Source of the DNA: Fidelibacterota bacterium
GTDB taxonomy: Bacteria; Fidelibacterota; Marinisomatia; Marinisomatales; UBA1611
Reading direction: 5' to 3'
Assembly: GCA_018671775.1 (NCBI GenBank)
Contig: JABHGY010000023.1
Location: 1,249 to 65,248, forward strand
DNA length: 64,000 bases
Shown piece by piece: positions 19,183 through 28,481 of the stretch; position 1 is the first letter of the stretch; each line of letters opens with the position of its first letter. The notes beneath the pieces were generated by a model that was given only the letters and a program-made list of their open reading frames with translations, had not been told where the DNA came from and made no database searches. A program made the translations under genes and the position numbers.

Positions 19183-20917
19183 TTTAGGACAAGCCCAGGG
19201 TTTAAATCATTTTTTATCTCAGATAAATCGTGATGAAGAAAATCCTTTACCAGAAGATGATATTTATGCTTTAGAGTATATTGAAAATCACTTTCGAGAG
19301 TTAAATCCATTTTTTATTTCACAAATTGAAAAAATGACATTTCTAGATGAAAACGATATTCAACAATTCAAATCTCAAAAAGAACTTAGCGCTATCTCAA
19401 AAAAGCAATTATCAAATAACGGAGAACTATTTTTTGAATTTATAGAAACTTTAAATAAACAACGGTCCATTGGCGATATTCATATTAAACAATATTTTAC
19501 ATTTAAAAATGATGTTCAGTATCGCTGGACAAGTCGATTAAATAAAGAAAATAAAGCAATTGGACTTTTAGTAGAACGAGATGCGTTTGAAACCCAAGCT
19601 TTGGACCATGTTGGCTTATATATAGGAATAAAGACAGATAAAGGAGAAATAATTGTTGGAGACTATCAAATTAATCATGCTTATGGCTTATTACTTTGGC
19701 GTTCCGTACCTGTTAAAAAAGGTATTGGTTCAATAGGCCAATTATCTCGACGAGGCAAAGGACTTCGCCCATATAAATCAAGCCATGAAAATTGGGCGAT
19801 TAGAGGGTTGGCGTATCAGTGGGGAACAGAGAAAGGGCAATTCTTAGTTTCGATTGGCTATACAGATAGAGATGGTTCTATTGATACTTTGGGATCTTAT
19901 TCGATTTATGAAACAGGGATTCACGTTTCTGCAACAGAGTTGGGCAGGAAAGACGGGATTTCTGAAAATTCACTTATTGTAAATTACGAGCACACATTTA
20001 AGTTAGGCGTTTTTGGCTTATGCGTCCTTTATGCAAATCTAAAAGATAAGGGTAAAAACTTTGTTGAAACCAAAGGTCAATCAATATATTTTGATAGTAA
20101 AATCAAGCAAGTCCGTTTATTTGGAGAATTTGCCTTAGGACATCAAAATACATCTGCTTCATATTTTGGGATAAAAACAGATAATAGACAATTTAAATAT
20201 GTAGCAATTTTGAGAAATTATTCACCTGAATACTTTTCTTTGCGTTCCAATCCTTCTACCGAATGGTCTTCTAAATCGGCAGGAGAAAGGGGGATATATC
20301 AAGGGTTTACTTTCAAACTCAATCGCCATCGTATTACCTTTTATAATGATTTATTTCGAAAGCAAATAAGTACATCAATAGAAGCTTTTCCTGAATCCGG
20401 GCTTGAGTCGGGCATCCAATACGAATGGCGCGCATCAAAAACAATTGTTCGCGTTCGTTTTAAAACTGAGAAGAAGACACGCTCAACACCACAATTTATA
20501 GGCGAAGTTTATTCGAATAATAATTTAACGAATCGCTACCAAGCAACCACGTATCACTCTTATGCGAAAGATTTGAAATCTAAATTGCAAATCAATATTA
20601 CTGAAAGTAATGAGGATATCGGATATGGAATTAATTATCGACTAGATAAAAATTGGCATCAATGGAATTTTATATTTGATGGCACATCCTCTTCTGTAGA
20701 ATCTTTTGATGCCCGCATCTATTTTTGGGATGTTAATCTGCCAGGTGAAATGAGATCTCGAATGGTATCGTTTTCGGGGCACAATTTAGGGTTTAGATTC
20801 TCATATAGTAATAATAGTTATCGATTGAGTATGCGCTTGTCATCCACATGGAAAAATCTCAATTTTAAGATAAAGCCTGTAGTGTCATCGGGCTTATTAT
20901 TAGAATCGTTTTTTTAA
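19118..20917 (+). CDS. Large outer-membrane beta-barrel protein with N-terminal helical (HhH-like?) module
   Basis: Signal peptide IKLVYLTLFLFLIDLGQAQG, about 100 aa of helical region, then a long beta-strand-rich region ending in ...SSGLLLESFF (terminal Phe as in OMP sorting signals). It overlaps the upstream gene by 65 nt. Confidence 0.5.
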   Translation: MKALEDIPIKLVYLTLFLFLIDLGQAQGLNHFLSQINRDEENPLPEDDIYALEYIENHFRELNPFFISQIEKMTFLDENDIQQFKSQKELSAISKKQLSNNGELFFEFIETLNKQRSIGDIHIKQYFTFKNDVQYRWTSRLNKENKAIGLLVERDAFETQALDHVGLYIGIKTDKGEIIVGDYQINHAYGLLLWRSVPVKKGIGSIGQLSRRGKGLRPYKSSHENWAIRGLAYQWGTEKGQFLVSIGYTDRDGSIDTLGSYSIYETGIHVSATELGRKDGISENSLIVNYEHTFKLGVFGLCVLYANLKDKGKNFVETKGQSIYFDSKIKQVRLFGEFALGHQNTSASYFGIKTDNRQFKYVAILRNYSPEYFSLRSNPSTEWSSKSAGERGIYQGFTFKLNRHRITFYNDLFRKQISTSIEAFPESGLESGIQYEWRASKTIVRVRFKTEKKTRSTPQFIGEVYSNNNLTNRYQATTYHSYAKDLKSKLQINITESNEDIGYGINYRLDKNWHQWNFIFDGTSSSVESFDARIYFWDVNLPGEMRSRMVSFSGHNLGFRFSYSNNSYRLSMRLSSTWKNLNFKIKPVVSSGLLLESFF

Positions 20918-20963
20918 TTCCCCTTATTGTAATACAGTAAATCTTACTGATAAATTCGCCACT

Positions 20964-22454
20964 ATGTTTATGCGAAAATATATCATTTATTTTGCCCTTA
21001 CTATTTTGTCTTTTTTAATGGGTGATTCACCTATTCGTGTTTTTAATCGGAGCACAGGCATAAACTCAGAGTTAAAAACATTTTCTAAATCGAAAGAAGT
21101 GATGGTATCTGCAAAAGAATTTGCCCATGCCTTATCTCTGAAAGTTTATGAGAATATAGACCGAAAAAAGATTGTTCTTTATATCGCAGGTCGTCGAGTT
21201 AAAATTTCGGGGAATTCTAGTTTTATTCTTGTGGATGAACAAATATTTCAAATGCAAACGTATGTAAAATATGCAGATAACGAATTATTTATACCCGTCG
21301 AAGCATTTATAAAAATCATGCGCTCATCTGCCTTACCAGGGATTTCCTATGACGCTCGCCGCGGACTTTTAGATGTAGATGTTGTGGGTCATAATATTAC
21401 AGGAATGCTTATTGAAGAAAAATCAAATGGGACCATTATTCGCATTCAAACCAAGAAACTATTTTCTGAGAGGAATATTAGCTCTTTTATGAATAAAAAT
21501 GGATGGTATTATCTGACAATTTCAGGTGGTTCCATTGATACTTTTAATGTAAACATTACCCCAACAAGAGGTGTTGTAAGAAAAATTGAAGCAGATCAAT
21601 TAGGACAATCAGCTCAAGTGGCTTTCAAGCTTGGAGGAAAAATCATTAGCCATGAATGGGTTCAAAGCCGCGATCCAGATGAAATTATTCTTACACTCCG
21701 AACGCCCCTTGGAAAAGGTTCAGCTCGAATTAAAACAGCAAAAGAACGTTGGCATTTAAATACCATTGTTCTAGATGCAGGCCATGGCGGTAAAGATGCA
21801 GGCACTACGGGGAAAAGAGGAACAAAAGAAAAAGACATTACTTTAGATATAGTGAAAAGATTGGGCAAAATAATAGAAAAGAAACTCCGAACGCGTGTGG
21901 TGTATACGCGAGAGGAAGATGTTTTTGTACCTCTGTGGAAAAGGACCAAAATCGCCAATGAATCAAATGGTAAATTATTTGTGAGTATCCATGCAAATGC
22001 TAATCCGAATCGAACGATAAAAGGATTTGAAACTTATTTGTTGAGCCCAGGTAAAAATAAGGATGCCGTTGAGGTCGCGTCTCGCGAGAACTCAGCCATA
22101 AAATTGGAAGAAATCAATGGAAAATATCAACGTTTAACAGGAGAGAATCTTATAATGGCCACGATGGCACAAAGTATGTTTTTAAAAGAAAGTGAAGATT
22201 TGGCGTCTATTATTCAAATGGAATTAGACAAAAAATTAGATTCATCGCCAAATCGAGGGATTAAGCAAGCAGGCTTTTACGTATTGATTGGTGCAAGCAT
22301 GCCCAATGTTTTGGTTGAAGTTGGTTTTGTCTCAAATCCACAGGAAGAAATAAAATTAACGAAGGCGTCATATAGACAAAAAATTGCTGAATCAATTTAT
22401 AATAGCATTCGAATATTTAAAACATCAAGGGAAAAGGTATTAGCCAATGAATAA
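20964..22454 (+). CDS. N-acetylmuramoyl-L-alanine amidase (AmiC-type, with N-terminal targeting domains)
   Basis: Amidase_3 core: VLDAGHGGKDAGTTGKRGTKEKDITLDI...LFVSIHANANPNRTIKGFETYLL...GFYVLIGASMPNVLVEVGFVSNPQE. Confidence 0.9.
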   Translation: MFMRKYIIYFALTILSFLMGDSPIRVFNRSTGINSELKTFSKSKEVMVSAKEFAHALSLKVYENIDRKKIVLYIAGRRVKISGNSSFILVDEQIFQMQTYVKYADNELFIPVEAFIKIMRSSALPGISYDARRGLLDVDVVGHNITGMLIEEKSNGTIIRIQTKKLFSERNISSFMNKNGWYYLTISGGSIDTFNVNITPTRGVVRKIEADQLGQSAQVAFKLGGKIISHEWVQSRDPDEIILTLRTPLGKGSARIKTAKERWHLNTIVLDAGHGGKDAGTTGKRGTKEKDITLDIVKRLGKIIEKKLRTRVVYTREEDVFVPLWKRTKIANESNGKLFVSIHANANPNRTIKGFETYLLSPGKNKDAVEVASRENSAIKLEEINGKYQRLTGENLIMATMAQSMFLKESEDLASIIQMELDKKLDSSPNRGIKQAGFYVLIGASMPNVLVEVGFVSNPQEEIKLTKASYRQKIAESIYNSIRIFKTSREKVLANE

Positions 22455-23259
22455 AAATTCAAATTCACGTCCGATTGGAATTTTTGATTCAGGCGTTGGG
22501 GGATTAACAGTTCTCAATGCTTTAAAAAAACAACTACCGTTTGAAAATATGATTTACGTTGGGGATACAGCAAGAGTGCCTTACGGCAATAAAAGCGAGA
22601 AGTTAATTCAACAGTATGCACGAGAAATCTGTGATTTATTAATCTCACTCGATTGTAAGATGATTGTTATTGCTTGTAATACAGCGTCATCATTGGCCTT
22701 AACATATTTACGTTCATCGTATGCACTTCCGATAGAAGGCGTGATTGAGCCTGGCGTAGAAGAAGCCATAAAACATTCAAGAAACAAACATATTGGCGTT
22801 TTGGGGACGCACGCTACGATACGATCTAACGTTTATGAAAGCAAATTAAAAAAATTAAATCCAGATTTGATGGTTACAAATCAAGCCTGTCCATTATTTG
22901 TGCCCTTAGCAGAGGAAGGTTGGGTTGATGGTGAAATTCCTGAAAAAATCGCAAAATACTATCTGAATCCCCTAGTGAAAAATAAAGTTGACACTGTCAT
23001 TTTGGGTTGCACACATTATCCCATTTTAAAAGCTACAATTACAAATATTTTACCAAAGAATGTCCATTTGATTGATTCTGCAGAAGTTGTGGCTCAAAAA
23101 GTAAAGCAAATTTTAGCGCAAAATAAATTTGCTACAGAATCGAAAACGGAGGGTCATTTAGAATGTTTAGTGACAGATATGCCAAATCAATTTTCTCTTG
23201 TTGCGGATAGATTTGTGGATTTTGCAATTGGCGAAATAAAGGCCATTGAACTCCATTGA
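22447..23259 (+). CDS. murI: Glutamate racemase
   Basis: IGIFDSGVGGLTVL, the VIACNTAS catalytic Cys, and the LGCTHYP second Cys motif. Confidence 0.95.
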   Translation: MNKNSNSRPIGIFDSGVGGLTVLNALKKQLPFENMIYVGDTARVPYGNKSEKLIQQYAREICDLLISLDCKMIVIACNTASSLALTYLRSSYALPIEGVIEPGVEEAIKHSRNKHIGVLGTHATIRSNVYESKLKKLNPDLMVTNQACPLFVPLAEEGWVDGEIPEKIAKYYLNPLVKNKVDTVILGCTHYPILKATITNILPKNVHLIDSAEVVAQKVKQILAQNKFATESKTEGHLECLVTDMPNQFSLVADRFVDFAIGEIKAIELH

Positions 23260-24514
23260 TATAGAAAAAGTTCTTTCTCATTTGTATGCGTTGAGAAGGG
23301 ACGAAATTAAATTAGGCTTAGCGCATACTTTCCAACTACTGGAAGTCTGCGGAAATCCTCAAAAGCACTTTAAGGCGATCCATATTGCGGGCACAAATGG
23401 AAAAGGCTCTACAGGGAAGATCCTAGCTTCGATTTTTAGGCAAGCAGGCAAATCTGTAGGGCATTATTCTTCACCTCATCTTATTCGATTTAATGAACGA
23501 ATTTGTATCAATAATGGCACAATCACAGATGCATATATTCTTAATTTTATGTCAAATTTTAAATCTGCTATTTCTGAGATAAATGCCACCTATTTTGAAG
23601 TAACAACCGCATTGGCTTTTTGTTATTTTCGAGATAATTATATTGAACTTGCTATCGTTGAGACTGGATTGGGTGGTAGGCTTGATTCTACAAATGTTCT
23701 TTCTCCGAAAATAGTTGCGATGACTCCCATCTCTCTGGATCATCGTGAAATGCTTGGTAATTCAATTGAAGAAATTGCGGAAGAAAAAGCAGGCATCATA
23801 AAACCCAATGTCTCTGTGATTTCATCACCACAACGAAAGTCTGTACAGTCCATTATAGAGCACAGAAGTAAAGCCAATGATGTAAAAGCACAATTTATCG
23901 ATGAAGCACAAATATCGGGAATTCATTTGAAAACGGATGGGACATATTTTCAATATTTTGGAATAGAGTATTTTATCCCTATCGTGGGGGAATTTCAAGC
24001 TACGAATGCAAGCTTAGCTATTGAAGTTGCAAAAAGTTTCAACCCAAAAATGTCAAAGAAAACGATTCAAAAAGGATTAGCAAATAGTCATTGGTTTGGC
24101 CGTCTTCAAAAAATGTCGGAAAAACCAACAATTTATTATGATGTCTCTCACAATCAAGAAGGCATAAAAAAAACTATATCAAGTTTAAGGCAACTCTACT
24201 CTGGAAATATAATGGGAATCATTGCGCTTAAAGGGGACAAAGAATTGGATTTAATTTGCACAGAAATAAAAAATAAATTTGATTCACTGGTAGCTGTTTC
24301 TGATATAAATGGATTATTATTGAATCAAAATGTATTAACAAAAAGATTACGTGAATATGAGATTAACTGTGCTTCAGCGCCATCATTTGTGAATGCGATT
24401 GATCAGTTAAAAGATAAGCTTTTAGAGGAAGATTCAATCGGTTTAATTTTTGGTAGCCATTATATCGCTTCTGAGGTTTTTGACTATTTTGAATTTTCCT
24501 TTGACAATATTTAG
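23246..24514 (+). CDS. folC: Bifunctional folylpolyglutamate synthase / dihydrofolate synthase
   Basis: P-loop IHIAGTNGKGST, then ...VETGLGGRLDSTNV... It uses a TTG start that overlaps the murI end by 14 nt. Confidence 0.9.
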   Translation: MNSIDIEKVLSHLYALRRDEIKLGLAHTFQLLEVCGNPQKHFKAIHIAGTNGKGSTGKILASIFRQAGKSVGHYSSPHLIRFNERICINNGTITDAYILNFMSNFKSAISEINATYFEVTTALAFCYFRDNYIELAIVETGLGGRLDSTNVLSPKIVAMTPISLDHREMLGNSIEEIAEEKAGIIKPNVSVISSPQRKSVQSIIEHRSKANDVKAQFIDEAQISGIHLKTDGTYFQYFGIEYFIPIVGEFQATNASLAIEVAKSFNPKMSKKTIQKGLANSHWFGRLQKMSEKPTIYYDVSHNQEGIKKTISSLRQLYSGNIMGIIALKGDKELDLICTEIKNKFDSLVAVSDINGLLLNQNVLTKRLREYEINCASAPSFVNAIDQLKDKLLEEDSIGLIFGSHYIASEVFDYFEFSFDNI

Positions 24515-24596
24515 ATTTTACGTAACTTAAGTTTCAATTTTTACATAGAACCAAGTTCTACCTTTCAAAATTTAACCCAATCACAACCCGGCAGAG

Positions 24597-25856
24597 GTGC
24601 CAATTATGAATCTAAATGAACTACAGATTCTCCGTATCAAAGATCTGACGAAAGTCGCACAGGAATTAGATATCAATGGAGGAATCTCAAGTCTAAACAA
24701 GCAGGAATTAATTGTAAAAATCCTAGAAGCTCAAGCAACAAAAGATGGCGCATTGTTTGCTCATGGCGTTTTAGAGGTCATGAAAGATGGATATGGATTT
24801 TTACGTAGTCCAAATTTCAATTATATGCCAGGACCAGACGATATATACGTTAGCCCATCCCAAATAAAGAGATTTCGCTTAAAAACAGGGCATTCGATTT
24901 CTGGACAAATTCGTCCACCAAAAAAGAAAGAGCGATTTTATGCATTGCTCAAAGTTGAAATGGTAAATGAAGGTCCACCAGAAGATCTCCGAAAAGCTAT
25001 TTTATTTGAAAATTATACACCACTTTATCCAGAAGAAAAATTCACTTTAGAAGTAGATAAAACTGATTATTCTATGAGAATAATGGATTTGATGTCCCCT
25101 GTAGGGAAAGGGCAAAGAGGTTTGATTGTTGCTCAGCCCAAGACAGGGAAAACAGTTTTAATTCAAAAACTTGCAAATGCAATCAGCAAAAATCATCCTG
25201 AAACGAAACGCATTGTTTTATTGATTGATGAGCGCCCCGAAGAAGTGACCGATATGAAACGAAATGTGGATGCGGAAGTTGTGAGCTCTACTTTTGATGA
25301 ACCACCAGAACGGCATGTATCCGTGGCGGACATGGTGATTCAAAAAGCAAAAAGGATGGTAGAGTTTGGCGATGATGTTGTGATTTTGTTGGATAGCATT
25401 ACGCGTTTAGCTAGAGCTTATAACGCGGTCACGCCTCACAGCGGAAAAATATTATCTGGTGGTGTTGATTTTAATGCATTGAAAAAACCCAAACAATTTT
25501 TTGGTGCAGCACGAAATACGGAAGAAGGAGGAAGTCTAACCATCATTGCAACAGCATTGATCGATACAGGTTCTCGAGCAGATGAAGTGATTTTTGAAGA
25601 ATTCAAAGGCACGGGGAATATGGAACTTGTTTTAGATCGTAAGCTAAGTGATAGACGGGTTTTCCCCTCTTTTAATCTAATAAAATCTGGCACTCGGAAA
25701 GAAGAATTGCTTCTGACGCGAAAAGAATTAGGTCGAATGTGGATTTTGCGAAAATTATTGAATGAAATGAATGTAGAAGAAGCGATGACATTCATGTTAG
25801 ACAGAATGAAGCGATCAAAAAGTAATTTAGAATTCCTTGACACTATGAGTATGTAG
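24597..25856 (+). CDS. rho: Transcription termination factor Rho
   Basis: N-terminal [18 protein letters not shown]-binding [15 protein letters not shown], Walker A AQPKTGKT, and [13 protein letters not shown]. The start may be GTG 24597 or ATG 24606. Confidence 0.96.
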   Translation: MPIMNLNELQILRIKDLTKVAQELDINGGISSLNKQELIVKILEAQATKDGALFAHGVLEVMKDGYGFLRSPNFNYMPGPDDIYVSPSQIKRFRLKTGHSISGQIRPPKKKERFYALLKVEMVNEGPPEDLRKAILFENYTPLYPEEKFTLEVDKTDYSMRIMDLMSPVGKGQRGLIVAQPKTGKTVLIQKLANAISKNHPETKRIVLLIDERPEEVTDMKRNVDAEVVSSTFDEPPERHVSVADMVIQKAKRMVEFGDDVVILLDSITRLARAYNAVTPHSGKILSGGVDFNALKKPKQFFGAARNTEEGGSLTIIATALIDTGSRADEVIFEEFKGTGNMELVLDRKLSDRRVFPSFNLIKSGTRKEELLLTRKELGRMWILRKLLNEMNVEEAMTFMLDRMKRSKSNLEFLDTMSM

Positions 25857-25902
25857 TTCATAGTTTCAGCCCACTTAAAACACTTTAACTTTCTATTTGA
25901 AT

Positions 25903-26955
25903 ATGACTGACGTTAAATATCCTAATGTAGAAACTGTAATTGCTAAAGTAGTAACTGATAAACCAGTTCGAAAAACACCCTATCAGGTGAAAGGTGTTTT
26001 TATGAGGCAATTCGCAAAAGAGCCTGTAATCCCATTTATGGATGGCTCGTATCGTGAGCGGTTTCTTTATCCTCGCGTTCAAGTTAAAATCTTGAATGAA
26101 CAAATCTATATTATCGGAATCAATGAAGGTGCCGATTCGGTGAGTGCTCTATCTGAAAAGATGGAACATCTTGATTTTGGGAATATCTCTTTTGAAGTCC
26201 ATGGAGTTGATATCGAGAGAGCAAAAAATCAATTTACCCCATCAGAACAACTGATAAGATATAAATTTATCACACCATGGGTTGCCTTAAATCAGATGAC
26301 AGGTGGACGTTATCGATTTTTGACGAATCAGGAAAAACCAACATTTTTACATCGCCTTTTAGGACAAAATATTTTGTTTATTGCAAATGAAATGGGACTA
26401 ATAACGGATGAAAAAATATACACGAAAGTAAGAGTGAGTTCTCTTTTCCCTCGCCCAGTTGATGAAAATAATTGGGGCGCTTTCATGGGAGAATTTAAAA
26501 CCAACATTCGCTTACCAAATTATATTGGAATTGGCAATGGAATCACAAGAGGATACGGCTCCATTTATGGTATGTTTAAACCAGAAGCATTCCAATTTGA
26601 TGAAGATGAATTAAAATCTGAAGTCTCACAGAAGCCCAAAAAAGAAGAGCATAAAGACCCAAGCGATAATTTTAGCGATGAAATAAGCGAAGACATGGAA
26701 GCCATTAGCATGGAAGATGTGCCTAAACCGCGCAGGACAAGAACAGCTAAAGAAAAAGTAACCCCAACCCCAAAACCGAAGAAAAAAACAGCCCCAAAAA
26801 AGCCTAGAAAAGCTTCAAGTAAACGATTGCTCACTGAAGAATTTGATATTGAGGAAGAAGTAAGCTTCAATAAAAAAGGTTCTGAAGATATTAATGATAT
26901 TGACGATTCAAAATTTAATTCTGAAAAATATCATAAGCGCCAGCACAAATCTTGA
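25903..26955 (+). CDS. Cas6-like (RAMP-fold) protein with C-terminal acidic then Lys/Pro-rich disordered tail; no CRISPR context
   Basis: About 230 aa fit a two-ferredoxin-like-halves layout that ends in GIGNGITRGYG (nt 26527-26559). This is an exact fit to the Cas6 glycine-rich loop pattern G-h-G-x5-G-h-G. The tail contains KPRRTRTAKEKVTPTPKPKKKTAPKKPRKASSKR. The family call rests on motif and pattern only. Confidence 0.5.
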   Translation: MTDVKYPNVETVIAKVVTDKPVRKTPYQVKGVFMRQFAKEPVIPFMDGSYRERFLYPRVQVKILNEQIYIIGINEGADSVSALSEKMEHLDFGNISFEVHGVDIERAKNQFTPSEQLIRYKFITPWVALNQMTGGRYRFLTNQEKPTFLHRLLGQNILFIANEMGLITDEKIYTKVRVSSLFPRPVDENNWGAFMGEFKTNIRLPNYIGIGNGITRGYGSIYGMFKPEAFQFDEDELKSEVSQKPKKEEHKDPSDNFSDEISEDMEAISMEDVPKPRRTRTAKEKVTPTPKPKKKTAPKKPRKASSKRLLTEEFDIEEEVSFNKKGSEDINDIDDSKFNSEKYHKRQHKS

Positions 26956-28154
26956 AATATAAATTTTCAGATAGAGTCCTCAATGTAAATCCATCCTTTA
27001 CTCTGCAAATGGCTACACGAGCAGCCGAAATGAGAGCTAAAGGAATTCCAGTAGTTAATTTTGGCGTAGGGGAACCAGATTTTAATACACCTGCTCATAT
27101 TCGTAATGCCGGGAAAAAAGCCATGGATGATGGTTTTACAAAATATACAGCAGGTCCAGGAATGATAGAACTACGTGAAGCTATTATTCAAAAATTAAAA
27201 CGAGAGAATGGTTTGGATTTCAATCTGGATCAAATCCTGGTTTCCAATGGCGAAAAACAAAGTCTTTATAATGTTTGCCAAGCCTTATTTCAAGAAGGCG
27301 ATGAAGTCATTAATTTTTCTCCGTATTGGGTTTCCTTTCCGGAGATGGTAAAATTAGCATCAGCAAATCCTATCATTGTAAAAACGGATTCAAAACAAAA
27401 CTTCGAACCAGATTTTGCAGATTTAGAATCAAAGATTACTCCCAATATCAAAGGGATAATCATGAATTCTCCCTCTAATCCGACTGGTGGCGTTTGGCGT
27501 GAAGAGGCGATTGTTAAATTGTTAAAATTAGCCAAACAACATAATTGGATTATTATCTCTGATGAATGTTATGAGCGACTTGTCTTTGAAGAATCCTTTG
27601 TAAGTATTGAAAAAATTAATCAGAATCATCAAATTGGCGCTGAAGTATTAACGTGCATGAGCCTGTCAAAAACTTATGCAATGACGGGATGGCGCATTGG
27701 CTATACGGCAGGAGATAAAGCGTTGACAAAAGCCATGGCTAAGATTCAAGGGCAGGCAACTTCATGTGCGAATTCTATTGGACAAAAAGCAGCCATCGAA
27801 GCCCTAACGGGCGACCAATCCTGCGTAGATGAAATGCGTGGCAACTATAAAGCCAGAAGAGATGTTATGGTATCTTTATTGAATAATCTCCCAGGCGTGG
27901 AATGTGAAAATCCAGGCGGCGCTTTTTATGCTTTCCCAGATTTCTCATTTTATTTAGGTAAAAAAGCTGATGGGAAAATCTTGGAGGATTCTTTTGATAT
28001 TTCTGAGTATATTTTGGGCTCTGCAAAGGTCGTAACAATACCAGGTGATGGCTTTGGTGCACCAGGTTATGTTCGGTTTTCTTTTGCAACGAGTATTGAA
28101 ATTATCCAGGATGGACTGGAAAAAGTAAAATCTGCATTGGAGCAGATTGTCTAA
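26952..28154 (+). CDS. Pyridoxal-phosphate-dependent aminotransferase (aspartate aminotransferase class I)
   Basis: [19 protein letters not shown], and [15 protein letters not shown] (the PLP lysine). The conserved N-terminal region [14 protein letters not shown] lies upstream of the first ATG, so the TTG at 26952 is the supported start; it forms a TTGA overlap with the previous stop. Confidence 0.9.
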   Translation: MKYKFSDRVLNVNPSFTLQMATRAAEMRAKGIPVVNFGVGEPDFNTPAHIRNAGKKAMDDGFTKYTAGPGMIELREAIIQKLKRENGLDFNLDQILVSNGEKQSLYNVCQALFQEGDEVINFSPYWVSFPEMVKLASANPIIVKTDSKQNFEPDFADLESKITPNIKGIIMNSPSNPTGGVWREEAIVKLLKLAKQHNWIIISDECYERLVFEESFVSIEKINQNHQIGAEVLTCMSLSKTYAMTGWRIGYTAGDKALTKAMAKIQGQATSCANSIGQKAAIEALTGDQSCVDEMRGNYKARRDVMVSLLNNLPGVECENPGGAFYAFPDFSFYLGKKADGKILEDSFDISEYILGSAKVVTIPGDGFGAPGYVRFSFATSIEIIQDGLEKVKSALEQIV

Positions 28155-28168
28155 AGGAGACAAAAAAA

Positions 28169-28420
28169 ATGAAAAAAGGAATACATCCGGAATCTTATCG
28201 CTTGGTTGTTTTTAAAGACACATCATGTGATTATTCGTTTTTAACACGATCAACTGTTGAAACAAAGGACACTGTAACTTGGGACGATGGGAAAGAATAT
28301 CCTTTGTGTAAAATTGAAATTTCAGATAAATCGCACCCATTTTTTACAGGCCAACAAAATTTAGTTGATACTGCAGGACGGATCGAGAAATTTAATCGGA
28401 AATACGGTAGCAATAAATAA
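28169..28420 (+). CDS. rpmE: 50S ribosomal protein L31, type B (no zinc-binding CxxC pair)
   Basis: [19 protein letters not shown]...[25 protein letters not shown]. The SD AAGGAG lies upstream. Confidence 0.93.
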   Translation: MKKGIHPESYRLVVFKDTSCDYSFLTRSTVETKDTVTWDDGKEYPLCKIEISDKSHPFFTGQQNLVDTAGRIEKFNRKYGSNK

Positions 28421-28434
28421 GCGAAATTACATTA

Positions 28435-28478
28435 ATGGCTTTGACGGTAGTCTTACTACTCTCAGAGCCATTTTTTTA
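28435..28478 (+). terminator. Rho-independent terminator after rpmE
   Basis: 9-bp stem atggctttg (28435-28443) / cagagccat (28463-28471) with one G-U pair, followed by a run of T residues up to 28478. Confidence 0.65.
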
Positions 28479-28481
28479 TCT

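Noticed and set aside
20935-20949. Hairpin cagtaa-atc-ttactg after the large barrel gene as a terminator
   Set aside because: It has only a 6-bp AT-rich stem and no following T-tract, so it is too weak to call.
17766-22454. Holin/antiholin plus endolysin (prophage lysis cassette) reading of the small membrane proteins and the amidase
   Set aside because: The amidase is separated from them by two barrel genes. It carries AmiC-type targeting domains and is followed by murI-folC (cell-wall housekeeping). There are no phage structural, integrase or repressor genes anywhere nearby.
25436-25861. 141-aa minus-strand ORF overlapping the 3' end of rho
   Set aside because: It is antisense to one of the most conserved genes in the window, and its translation is S/R/F/N-rich with no motif. 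It is most likely a shadow ORF. The same judgement applies to other long antisense ORFs in the track (for example 11640-11975, 14318-14617, 21662-21958, 28616-28975, 34939-35289, and the out-of-frame plus-strand ORF 42740-43126).
26565-26870. 101-aa minus-strand ORF opposite the Cas6-like tail
   Set aside because: Its FFFGFGVGV-type sequence is just the complement of the AAA/AAG/CCA-rich Lys/Pro tail codons. There is no independent coding evidence.
25857-28168. CRISPR array or further cas genes next to the Cas6-like gene
   Set aside because: I looked for direct repeats with regular spacing on both sides and found none. The flanking spacers are about 40 nt and an overlap, and no non-coding gap in the window is long enough for an array.
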